From Amoebophrya sp. A120 (Eukaryota; Protista; Dinoflagellata): a stretch of 64,000 nucleotides of DNA. The DNA is taken from NCBI GenBank assembly GCA_905178155.1, contig CAJINV010000007.1:876627-940626 (forward strand), read 5' to 3'. The translations under genes and the position numbers were made by a program. The notes beneath the pieces are model-generated. The model worked only from the letters and a program-made list of their open reading frames with translations, was not told where the DNA came from and searched no databases. This document shows positions 1 through 12,400 of this stretch, piece by piece. Each line of letters begins with the position of its first letter. The first letter of the stretch is position 1.

Positions 1-1766
1 CAAGAAGGTTCAAAGCCATGCTCAATCAACATCGCCATCTTCAGTGGTACCCGCTCAACAACAGCCCCCGCCCAGTAGCCGGCCAAACCTGACGCAACCT
101 ATGATGATCAACGTGGAGTATGACCACAAGTTGCGGAACTTCCAGGACATGGGCCAACGCAAATTCCTTGTCGGAAATCAGTTTCAGGCCGTTAAAAGTC
201 GTGCGTTACAGCAAGGAAATGTTGATAATGTCTCGAAGCTTCAGCCACCTGCTGTCAACGGAGCTAGTACTGGTGTAGAAGAAGTACCTCGAAATAAAGA
301 TGTTGATATGGTCGCTTATGAGGCCTACCTGCAGCAGTATAACCAGAATCAGCTGCATATGGATGTGTCAGGATTGAAATCGACAAAGTTGAAATAACTT
401 GCCATGCATAAAATGGATGCCAGTTGGAACCCAGTTTCCAAGTGGCGCATGAGAAATTTGGGTAGAGGCGGAATCCAGTTTGTCATGCTGTTTGGGTAAG
501 GAGGACGCCTTTTGTCATGCTACTTTAGCAGCTCTATTTCTACCCCGCAACAGGCTTACAATCTGCCTCCCTTGCCTACTCTGCAAGACAGGCATTTTGT
601 GGGTTGCATTTTACGCATGACAAACTATTTCAACTTTGACGATTTCGATCCTGACGCTTCCATACTGCAGCTGCAGCAGCAGCAGGCCCAAGCAGTCGCG
701 CCGCTCCGCGTCAAGGACCACTCCTACATATGACTTGCTCAAACGTTACAATCTCAAATGTCGTGACAATAGAATCTGGAATTTGTGTTGTGTGATGGGC
801 ATGACAGACTCGCGCAGCGTTCCACCTTTTGCAATACAAATTTCCCCAGATTGTAGTGGGGTTTGGAGCTCCGGAACTTGTCATGCGCAACCCTATGAGA
901 GTTGGCTAGATCATGCTCATCATGCAAGACAGATCTCAGATTCTATTGTAACGTTTGAGATTGTAACACCTGAGCGGGTTTTTATACTACACACCCCCCG
1001 CCTTCGTTTTGGATCAGAGACTGGGCCTTGTTGGAGGTACAACTTCTACTGCCGAGGAAGCAGTAGATCGTCGTACTCACAAAGAACAAGAGGACAGCAG
1101 CACAGCTGCAGCTTCGCTCGGTAAAAACTTCGACAACCTGTTTCGTTTGCCGCAAGAGGACCAAGATCAGCTTGCTCACCGCCCCTTGGATGAAAATAAT
1201 TTTAAGCTGCGACTCGAGGATCACGTTGAAAACGACAATGAACGCCAACTCCTTCCTATTAAGAGGAAAAATCCCCCCTCCCCATATCGAAAAGGTATGC
1301 TTCCGGAAATTTGTGATGCTGATTTGCGACCTCAAATCACGTCTGTCTTGCAAAAAGGCAACTCGACAAGCTACGCAGCATTGTGCAGGCGGTTTGTGAT
1401 GCTGATGGGCCTACAGCACGGACGTTTCTCATGCTAGACGCCTAGGCCAGAGCCTCTCTACTTAGGCCTAGTATGGGGCTGCATTCCTCTCCAGCAAGAC
1501 AGATCTTATTTGTGTACGCAAATCCTGCATCAGAAACTTCGTTCTGATATGGGGAGGGGGGATTTTTCCTGTTGATACTTCCTGCGTTTACGTTCTCTCC
1601 TGGTGATCAACATCATTCTGCGCTTACGTTCTCCCCAAGAAACACGACCGTCAAGGACGAGAGAGGCGACGAAACAAATCAGCGGACAAGCACTGATTCG
1701 TCCATGATTTCACCTCGAAATTCTAGCCGCCCGGTGACTTATCCCAACGGAAGACGAGTGTCTTAG
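1..1766 (+). CDS. Hypothetical low-complexity (Q/S/T-rich) protein, 5'-partial; 4 exons split by 3 introners
   Basis: ORF pieces 44-397, 512-733, 1009-1437 and 1572-1766 join in one frame after removing elements 358-664 (DR ctgca), 729-986 (DR ctaca) and 1257-1577 (DR cttcc) plus one DR copy each. Stop TAG at 1764-1766. Confidence 0.75.
358..664. mobile_element. Introner family 1 (TIR TATGGAWGYGTCAGGATYGAAATCG..., ~310 bp), representative copy
   Basis: Copies: 358-664, 10219-10532, 43903-44211, 48139-48457, partial ~35325-35617. Subfamily (TATGGAAGCCTCAGAATGG): 58044-58348, partial 35036-35228. Confidence 0.9.
729..986. mobile_element. Introner family 2 (TIR TATRACYYGCTCA..GTTACAATCTCAA, ~250 bp), representative copy
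   Basis: Copies: 729-986, 5103-5352, 22058-22310; 5-bp DRs ctaca, tcttg, aacgg. Confidence 0.9.
1257..1577. mobile_element. Introner family 3 (TIR TAT....AGGAAAAATCCCCCCTCCCCATAT, ~320 bp), representative copy
   Basis: Copies: 1257-1577, 6581-6905, 24082-24385, 26055-26375, 56242-56562. Confidence 0.9.
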
Positions 1767-2098
1767 TCTTACAGTTACAACACACTTTAGCAGATTTTTT
1801 TTGAAGGAGAACGCGAATGTGATCTGCATGTTGGGGGCATACAAAAATTCTGCAACAAGAATTGTTCATTGTGCGGAGAAATCGCAAACGACAAAAGCAT
1901 GTATAAAACTACTGAGGTGGCTCCTCGTCACGCGCAACATCTTCTCCCTCACACATGTTGACAGAGCTTGTTTGCGTTGCATCGTAGTTCTGGAAGATGA
2001 TGAGCACAAAAATTACGTGTAACACGTGACTGTGACAAGCTTTTTCCTTTCCATACAACCACAAGTTCGGGTGCAACCAATAGGTCCGCGCCCACGGC

Positions 2099-2207
2099 TA
2101 TCCAGGAAAAAACACCCATCCACATCCAATTTGTCATGCAAAAGATACATGAAATCCCGCGTCTGTCATGCAAAAAATGCATGGGGATAGGTTTTTTTCT
2201 GTGGATA
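2099..2207. mobile_element. Introner family 4 (TIR TATCCAGGAAAAAACACCCATCC, 110-130 bp), representative copy (apparently intergenic or UTR)
   Basis: Copies: 2099-2207, 10057-10184, 10562-10680, 32106-32230, partial 36018-~36100. Confidence 0.85.
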
Positions 2208-3491
2208 GCGGCCATTTCCAACGCAACCGAACTGCAGCGGCGGCAAGACGATTATTTGAGGCAACTTTTTGGAATACAGTAAGTGATAGAAGTGTACTAG
2301 TTCTTGTCGGAGTGAAGAAGAAGTAGACTCAAACTCATACTGTTAACTTTTTTCTCTAAGGTACGCACTTTTATTCGAGTGAACGCGAATACAAAGCAAA
2401 TAGCTTCTCATGTATATGTTTTCAGCTTTAAGAACTAATCACACTGAAATTATGTTCTTGTACAGTACATTTATTCAATCGAGCGAGTGAGTAGTTTTGT
2501 TGCTCCTGACAGTAGATTTTGATGGATTTAGATTTGCATTTAGCTTTACGTTGTAAGTAGAAGTACGAAAAAAAGTAGGGCCAAGTCCTCGTGCGGACGC
2601 TGCAAAGGTCGCGGCACTTTTTCCGCACACTCCAGTTGATGTTCAATGTGGAGGTCGGCATAGTTTTCGCGAAACTTCTTCTTCAGCACAGGTGGACGTG
2701 GAGGCGAATTGCAGTCCTCACGAGGAGTCGCGCGAAGGCGGCAGGAGGCGAGAGATCGTGCGCCACGTTGGCCGTGAACTTCTAGTGAGCGATTGCCAAA
2801 AACAAAATATAGTGTCACGAGTAGAAATCAACAGGAGACTCACACTCAGAGATGAGCTTTCAATTGGATGTTGGTGGTGGAGAGGGGACCAGTAGTACTG
2901 AGAGTTTATTTAGTACTTCTGCAGTTTGCTGCGGCCTCATGATGCTGCTCAACAAAAAGGAGATGGGGCTGGGTGATCATGTTGACCGTGGTTCTTGGTT
3001 TTTCTTTTTTCCTCGTTCCTGTGAGTGTACCTGTGCCTCGAGTAGGAATTTGATAAGCCTCATCAACTGCTCGCAGAAGTGTCTCCTGCTCGTCACGATC
3101 ATTTTCATTGCGAGGAAAAATAATGTGCGTTACAACATCACCTGGAGCTGCATCATGTTTCCTCTTCGACTCCGCTCCTCGTGGCTAAAGGTGCAGCCTC
3201 GTCCAGGGCTTGTCATTCTCACTCAGGCACGCTCCACGACAAGAAGATGACCACCAGCTTCGATAAAGCCACTGCGACAACGCCAACATCCATGGTAACG
3301 ATCCACGCGTGTTCTTAGCGTTTATTAAATAAACGGTAAGAGCAACCGATAGCACCCTCACACGCACCGTCTCATCTGGATCTGCGTCGTACTTGAAAAG
3401 AAGGTAGCCACAGCACTGAAAGCAGGACCAAGCAGCGCTAAGCGCACGACGGACTTTTCTGCAAGCCAGGAGCAGAAAGCCGGGCTAAAAA

Positions 3492-6400
3492 ATGGCGGAC
3501 GGAGCTGGAAATAAGATGGCGGCCACCGGCATGTCCGACGCCACTTTAACCGCCTACGGCATTCTCAAACGTTACATGCTCAATTGCTACATGAATTTGT
3601 CATGCAAAAACACCATCATCATCCTCACGACCAAGCTCCTGCTCCGCATGACAAATTCCCGATGGGCCAAACCGCACCTAAATCTGTGCGGAATTTGTAA
3701 TGTTACAGGTGCAACCTTCCCTCTTTCACTTTTCTCATTCTTGCATTACAAATTCATGTAACAGTTGAGAGTGTAACAATTGAGAGTCCCATACTGCCTC
3801 CGCCACGGGGACCAGCTCGTCGCATGGCCTCACGGGCGCGGAACTCCCGTCGAAGGCGAATATGGTGGCGGATGCAAATCTCGGACTGACTATGCAATAC
3901 AAATTTTTACCCCGCCCGTGCAAGACATACAAACTGCATCACAAATTCTGCCACGACTCCAAAGCAATGAAACTTGTAACGCTGTTGAACAATCTTGGGG
4001 AGAATTTTGTCATGCAAAGACAGCATCTGTAATTGTATGTCGTGTACAACTTGCGGTAGAGTTTCTATGAATATTGACCGACAAGGAAATCAACGCGAAG
4101 AAGATGGAGAAGGAAAAGTTCTATCAAATGCAAATATGTCTTGGTCTGGAAACTTGTAGTGCTGAGTCGTGATCAGTGAATTCTCTGTAATGCACAGCCA
4201 AGCATGAGAAATATGTCTATGTGCGCTGCTTAGTGCTGCGCTTACGCTTTCCGCATGGCCAGCTGCGTTTTGCATTACAAGCAAAAGGGTTTCTTCTTGG
4301 ACACGCATCACAAACTCTTCAGTCATGCCAGACAAGCATGACAAGCCTTGCATCCTACTTACTTCCAGACCAAGACACATTTGCAATGCATAAGTTCCTG
4401 AAAGACGCCATGTTTATCGACGAAAGGGGGATGATATCCACTGCAAATGTGTCTTGGTCTGGAAGAGTGCAACTTTGTCATGCTTGGTCGATAATGCAGA
4501 AAAGTATGTCATGCTTGCTGCGCTAAAGCGCTTCTATATGTTTGCAATGCAAAAAGCCGATTTGTCATGCGGTTAACGCTAGACATAGCCGCTCAGAAAC
4601 AGGTCATGCGCGGCCCGGCAATACAGTTTGCGTATCATTCGGGCATTAGCATGACAACTTTCCAGACCGAGGAGCCATGTTTGCAATGCATAGATGACGG
4701 TGTTACCGGACGCGCGCGAAATCCTGCGGCAACGGCACTTCACGCTCGAGGGCTTCACGTTGGAAGAGCAAGTAGATGAAATTCGGCGGATCCGGAGAAG
4801 AGGCAAGAACGAGATTCAGCGGTCCCAGAACTTTATCCATTGCAATAAAGCTACTATCGGGCTAGTGGTAATCGTAATTGCATTTACAAATTAGCTCAGC
4901 AACATGTCGACACATGGAATCTATTTCTCATGCTGATTTAGCGTTAGCCTGAGGAAAAAGAGATTTATCATTATCTCTTGTATGATTGCGATTAGTAAAA
5001 AGTACAACGAGTCCAGCACCTCCACCAATAGTACCACAACTTTTGCACCGCATAAGCTTGAACCTCGCGTTCCGGCGGAATGTCGAAGAAGTGGGAATCT
5101 TGTATAACCTGCTTAGGTGTTGCAATCCCAAGAATAGAAACTGGAATTTGCCTTGTATGAGCAGCATGACTAACATAAAAATCCTTGCGCTCCTTTTCGC
5201 AACACAGATTTCGCCAGATTTCAGTGCGAGTTTGGGGCTCCGAAACTTGTCACGCGCAATCCTATGCGAGTTGGCTAGATGATGCACTTTTTGCATCACA
5301 GGTTTCCATTTCCATTGTAACAGTTGAGATTGTAACGTCTGAGCGGGTCATATCTTGCGGCATGCGGCAGTGAAGTTTGGCGTGCTTCCCGCCGATATCA
5401 AATGCAAAAATGTCTGGGTCTGGAAACTTGTGATGCTGGGTGGCGTCTCATGATGAGGCCAGAAATGCTGGCTCAGCATGACAAGTTTCTGAGCTTCTAG
5501 GTGTTGCCTATTCTGCATGACAAACCGCGTTCCTGCATCACAGAAAAGTGGAGCTCTTGGGTAACGTGCATGACAGGTTTAAGAGTCATGCCAGACAAGC
5601 ATGACAAACATGCATTCTTTCAGACCCAGACATTTTTGCATTTGATAGCCGATTTCGAACGTGAGCTGGAGCTGTCGCAAATGGCGAAGGGGGGGATGTT
5701 TGAAATGCAGGACCCGAAGGCGCTGGCTACCAGTGCGCTCAACGTGGATGTTATCACGAGAAAAAAGTGCTACAGTTACACATTTGTTGGAGTTTCTGCA
5801 TCACAGATTTTCTCTGTGCGACAGAGAAAACTTGTATTGCGAAGATCATAAGGGAAAACAGGAAGTAAACGAGGCTCCTAGGCATTTCCTGCATGAGAAA
5901 GGTTGTGTGTGTTGCCGGTCTTGCATAGACTATGTGTGTAACTGTAACACTTTTTTCTTGCGATAGATGCGCCGGAATGGATCAAGGCGTTGCTGGAGTT
6001 GTCGGGTTTAACCGGCATCCGGGATTACATCCGAGAGGATCGGATTATGCAATACAAATCTCCTGTACATGTGCAAAATGCATCACAAATGTCACCAAGT
6101 TGGAGCATGCCACTTCCTTGTGTGTCATGCTGAACGGAATTGAAAGAAAGTTTTGTCATGCAGAAACCGCATGTGTACATGTACAGGAAATTTACTGTGG
6201 ATACGGATGCGACGGAAAGAATCCGATTACGTCCACCAATTTCCCGACGTATTCCGATTAGTTTCCTCCCTCGACTTCGAACTTGGCGGATCGTTGCTGA
6301 TTCTGGTGAACTATGCATTGCAAAAGCATAAGCATGATCGCACGAAGTCGAAGTAGAATCCGCATTACAAATTTTTTCAGAAGAAAAAACGGAGTAGTTT

Positions 6401-9400
6401 ATTCCAATGCTGAATTAGGTATGGAGCTAGACCTGGCAGGCTGTTGTACTGCGATTAGAAGTTTACTTTTAGTACGAGTGCGATACTACTTGTGCAAGGC
6501 ATATGAGCGCGGGGTTCTTATCCTGGCAGATCTCCCAATTCGATCGGTACGCGAACGCAGACATGTTTGACGCGCTGGAATATCGTAAGGAAAAATCCTC
6601 CCTCCCCATATCGAGACGGGATTTCTGATGATGGATTTGTGTACACAAATGCGCTTTGTATTGCAGAAAGGCACTGCGGCCAGATCCCCAGCCTAGGTCG
6701 GGGCGTTTGGGTCTAGTCGCTCAGCATTGCTGCAAACGGCTGCCCTCTAGGCCCAACAGCATGACAAATCGCTGCTATAATGGGGCGGGAGCTTCTGCCA
6801 TTGTCTTCTTGCAAGACAAATGCGATTTGTGGCCACAAACCAGCAACGCAAATTTCCGGAAATATACCTTTTCGATATGGGGAGGGGGAATTTTCCCTCT
6901 CAATATGGAAAAGTTCTTCACGCTTCTATTTTTCGGGGAGTGGACACTGCGAATTGTTGCCTACGGCTTCACCTCGATCTTCGAACCGTTTAACGGATTT
7001 GATACCTTTTTGGTCGTCGGGTGCGGGTTTTTGCCGCAGTTTATGCAACGAAAAAACTGTTTCACTGTGAACTTGTGATGGAGAAAATGGAACACAGAAC
7101 TATTTGTCTTGCTACACGAGCAAGGCGTTGGATTGGCAAGCGTGTTTTCCCGTGGGAAGCGCGCATGGCAGATTTTCAGTGTCATGTGTAACAAACTTGT
7201 GATGCAGGTCTTGCAAAATCATCACAGTGAAACACTTTTTTCGTACGATACAGTTTGTCCTGCCACTACTTGGAGTGGAACTGGACCCCAGTGGGATGCG
7301 GACTTTCACAGGTATGGTTTTGGTATAGAAGTACTTGAAGAATCAAATTCAAAGTCAAACTTCTTGTGCTGGCTGGCTGGCTGTAGGTGGTGGTCGGCGG
7401 TGGCCTCTTATCATGTGCTTTGTAGCTACGGGCAGCTCGGGCACCATGAAGATGAAAGCATCGTCATTTTTGTACGTGGTAGTGGCTGTGAGTTCGTGTT
7501 CGCACTTGATTCAAAGAAAAACAATTTTACAAAAGTGCAACGACATCAGCCCTCCGTACCATCCGCGTGATCCGCGTGGCGAAAGCGGTCCGGATGCGCC
7601 CGGAGTTCAAGGAAATGTGGGAGTTGGTGAACGGTTTTGCGAGCTCGATTCTGGTCACCTCCTGGACGCTGATCATCCTGATCATCTTCGTCTACTGTTT
7701 CGGCGTGTTGGCGGTGAAGCTCCTCCAGCAGGAAGGCTTCGAGCAGCCCCACCACGACGGTATCCTCTGCAAAAGTACTATCGTGGTCCTAGTAGTCGTA
7801 CTATGCAGTTTATGCATGACAACCCTGCTATTGTAAATTTGAATTAGCATGGCAAATTCAAATTCAAAAAAAAAAAAAATTAGCATGACAAATTCGGAAT
7901 TCCACTTTTCTTTTAGCTCAAATCTGTATTGCAATTCCCCCTAAGGACGATACTTTTGCAATGCATAGACGTGGACTACAAACAAGTACTATACGGAGAC
8001 GTCATGGACGGCATGCTGTCCATGTTTCAGGTCGTCACCTTAGACGTATGACCGTGCACAACTACACCCCCTCCCCCTCATGATTTGTGTTGCATAAACA
8101 CGCAATAGAAGGGCCGGCAAGAGTGCAGCTTTTGCATGACAAATTCTCTTCATCGGATTGTAGTAGTGTTTGGGCTGCCACCAGAAATATCTTCGATGCC
8201 ACCATTCCCAAGGGGCAAATAAGAGTGGACTTGGTTTTTTGCATGACAAATCAGGGAGACGAGGGGGAGTTGTGCACTTTCATAAGACGCGTTTTCTGAC
8301 GGGATCGTGCGGAAGTTGACGTTTCAAGAACTGGCGAAACGGTTTTTGCCCGAGGGGGGGAATGTGTTTCTCTACGAGTACGATCTCCGCGGGTACTATC
8401 CACAGTAAATTTCCTGTACATGTACAAATGCGATTTCTCTTTCTGCATGACAGAGCTTTCTTTTAAGTACTTCTAATATTCAGCAGGAAAGTGGCAGCTC
8501 CAGGTTGATGACTTTTGTGATGCATTTTGTACATGTACAGGAAATTTGTATTGCATAGGCACACGTCTTCGCTGGACTTCACCACGACCACCACCACCAC
8601 AATGGCGCCGGTGATTTTACCACCGAACGTCACAAGTACCACTTTGTCCCCGACACAAATCCAAGCGGCAATTTTAGAGGGCACCATGACGGCGAGTCCA
8701 CCTGCAGGGGGTGGTGGTGCAGGAAACATGTACGGCATCGACATGACAAACATGCTCTCCATCGACGGGGAGCTATTAGTTCGGTTGCGGCCACTATCGC
8801 AAGAAAAAAGTGTTACAGTTACACATTGTGTTGCAGGTGGTGAAGCAAGACAGACAAGCTCTGTCATGCCGGATATGCATAGGAGCCTCGTTCCATAGGT
8901 GTTTTCCCTTAGGATTTCTGCATTACAAGTTTTCTCTCTCATGCAGAGAACTTTGTGTTGCTGAATTGATTACAAACTTGGAACTGTAGCACTTTTTTCG
9001 TGGGATAGCCAAACGGCGGCGACTCCGATTGGCAGATCTTCTACATGTATGCATTGCAAATATGTTTGGGTCTGGAAACTTGTGATGCGGGCTGGACAAT
9101 GTTGAGGACGTCTCAATTGGTGGCCACGCATGACAAATTTTTGAGCTGCTAGGTGTTGCCTGTTCTGCATGGAAAACTGCATTTCTGCATCACAGAAAAC
9201 TGGGATGTTTGGCTAACGTGCATGACAGACTTGAGAGTCATGCTGGCCGAGCATGACAAAGAACTTTTACTTTGCATTCTTCCAGACCCAGACATATTTG
9301 CAGTGCATAGCTTGCGGTTGTTTTTCGCCCTGTTTGTCGTGATCGCAAACATGGTCGTGTTGAACACCATTATGGCGATATGCAAGAAAAAAACTGTGTA

Positions 9401-12400
9401 AGTGTAAATTTGTGTTGCAGAACATGCAACAGAGTTGCGCCTGTCATGCCAGACAGCCATGAAGTCCTCTTTTCACGTGTGTTTCCCCTTACAAGTCACG
9501 CATAACAGGTTTTCTCTGTCATTTGTTATGCTGTTTCTCAAAGAAAGTTACACTTACACACTTTTTTTCTTGGATAGGCGATGGTGGTGCAGAAGACATT
9601 TCAATATCCACAGCAATTTTCCCGTACGGTACACTAGTACAAGTGCGGTCTGTGCATGGCAAAACTTGGCTTCGATCCTAGTTTAGCATGTGACAAGTTT
9701 TAGTACACTCCAAAGCGAGGATGAAAGTTGTGATGCACCTTGTACATGTGCGGGAAATTTGTATTGCATATTCAACTGTCCAAACAGGATGAGGAGGTGA
9801 TGGCCCGGCAGATGCAGGAACAGAAGGAAAGGGAACTGATGATTTTGACGGAGATGTTTTTGTATGAACTGCAAAAGTATCGTACTCGTATAAATGCATT
9901 ACAAATTTTCTCAGCATGAGAAATAAAATTTCTAATGCTGATTTGCCTTCACAAAGAATAAGAAATTTGTAATGCAAGACCAGCATTTATACGAGTACGA
10001 TAGTTTTGCACAGGATATTTTGGACATCGACGTCGACAGGTCCGGCGATTTGACGATATGATCCAGGAAAAAACTACACCCATGAGCCCCACCCGATTTG
10101 TCATGCAAAACATGCAAAAAGTGCTGTGTTTGTCATGCAGAAAATGGATGGGGAAGGGGATGGGTCTTTAGTTTTTCCTGGATAGACGAGGCGGGAGTTC
10201 TACGCCGCGTTGGACTACTATGGAAGCGTCAGGATTGAAATCGTCAAAGTTGAAATAATTTCTCATGCATAAATTGCAAGGCATGAAGTGCCTCTCTTGC
10301 AGGGGCGGCAAGTGAGGCCGACTGTCAGCCTGTTTGGGGTCTGCGGTAGAGCTGCTAATGTAGCATGACAAAACGCGCCTTCTGTCCCTAAACAGCAAGA
10401 CAAACTGGATTTGGGCGGCGCCGAAATTTGTCATGCACCGCTTGGAAATTGGGCTTCCATTTCCAACTGGTATCGATTTTATACATTACAAGTTATTTCA
10501 ACTTTGTCGATTTCAAACCTGACGCTTCCATAACTACAACGAGTACATTAGAGACAGATTGTATCCACGAAAAGAGACCCATCCCCAACATCCAATTCAT
10601 CATGCAAATCATGCATAAAATCCGGTGTTTGTCATGCAGAAAATGCTGGATGGGGACGGATGGGCTTTTTCTCCTGGATAGATTGTCTGATTTAGACATG
10701 GCGCCGGAGTTATCAAACGCAAAAATGTCTGGGTCTGGAAGAGTCGGGGACTGTCATGCACATTCTGCATCACCCGTGAGGTCTGTGATGCTGGTGCTAG
10801 CATCACAGATTTTTTGAGAGCTTCTTGATGCTAATTACGCATGAGAAATGCCCTCTCCTCGTGCCAAGAACTGACTCCTCTGGCTGCTCAGGCAACACAG
10901 ATACTTTTAGAATTCACAGAGAGCATTGCAAATTGCATTCTTCCAGACCCAGACACTTTTGCAGTTGATAGGAGTATCTGAAAGAAACCTGGGGAATTCT
11001 GGATGACGGCGACGGGAAATTGACCGTCTTCGAGTTCTATGCATTGCAAAAGTATCGTACTCGTATGAATGCATTACAAATTCCCTCAGCATGAGAAAGA
11101 AAATTTGTAATGCGGATTTACCTTAAGAACAAGATTTGTAATGCATGTAAGAGGAGGAAGAAGGTGCCTCCCCGATAACCGAGCCGGATACAGAACAAAA
11201 GAAAGAGGCTAAAAGACGACAGGAGGAGGAAGAAGAAAAAAAAGGAAGGAAGCAGAAGAAGCAAGCAAGTGGATTAGTATAATAATCGGGCTTGATGCGT
11301 CGAATTTCTACAATAATCTAACGCTTGCTACGGCGCTAAGGGCTTATAGGCGGAGCGGGGTGCACCCGTGCTATCTGAAATTGGTCGCAGCGATGAACTG
11401 GAATAAGGAAGTTTGGTTACGCAACGGGGATACGTACGCGAAAGCAAAAAACCGCCACGACTTAACTCAGGGCTCAGTAGAGTGCATGTTAGCAGGCACG
11501 TTGGTTTTCATGCCAGGAGTGGAGGCGGTGCGAGAATACGTAGAGGGGGTATTTGATGAAGGAGGAAGAGTAAAGGGAGAAAAAGAACTAAAGCAAGCGA
11601 AGACGAGTTTAAGGGAAAAAATTCAGGACAGTTTTGGGATGACTAAAGAGGACGGGGCGGATACGTCATTTCCGCCGTACGTAATAGAAGGCGAGACGGA
11701 CGAGATATATCAGAGGAACAAACCAGCCAGAACAGGGAGGAGAAAGAAAAGAGTACTGAAAAGGAATAGAAGGAATAAGAAAAAACGTGAATGGATAGGG
11801 GAGCTGAACGAGGTGGAAAGAGAAAAGAAACACCCGCAGACGCTAGCAGTGCAGTTCGTAGATGATGGCACGTTGGCACTCACATACCATGAAGAAGACC
11901 ACGAAAAAGTATTAAAAATATTGGAAGAGATAGCAATAGCGTGCGAAGTGATGTATACTCGCGAAGGGCAATTCTTGGCACCTCAGAAGTGCGAACTTAC
12001 ATCATCAGACAAAGAAGAGCGAAGAAGGAAAGAGGTGCAGCAAGCATTTAGGCCGTTCGGAATAAGATTCAGCGAGAAGAAGACGATAAAGATACTTGGA
12101 GCGACAATAACAACGCTAGGGACGGAGCAGCGGAGAAGACTAATAAAAGGACAAGTAAGGCAAAGCATAGGCATAGGGCAGCACTTATCGCTACAGGTGA
12201 TGAAGGCAAGGCGGAAGATCAGCGGCGAAGAATTAAAATGGGTCACACAAGTATTCTTTACGTCGGCGATGATCTACTTCCTCCCTGTAGTGCAGATGTT
12301 CTTCACGGACAAAGATTGGGCAGAGCTGATGGGAGAGCTGGCAGTGGTCATAGCGGAAGCAATGGGATTTACAGAGAAAACGACGCGGAAGCTAATGGAG

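Noticed and set aside
2428-3367. Gene in the short ORFs between genes 1 and 2 (similarly 17968-18817 and 61717-63828)
   Set aside because: No consistent frame, introners or motifs; treated as intergenic/UTR.
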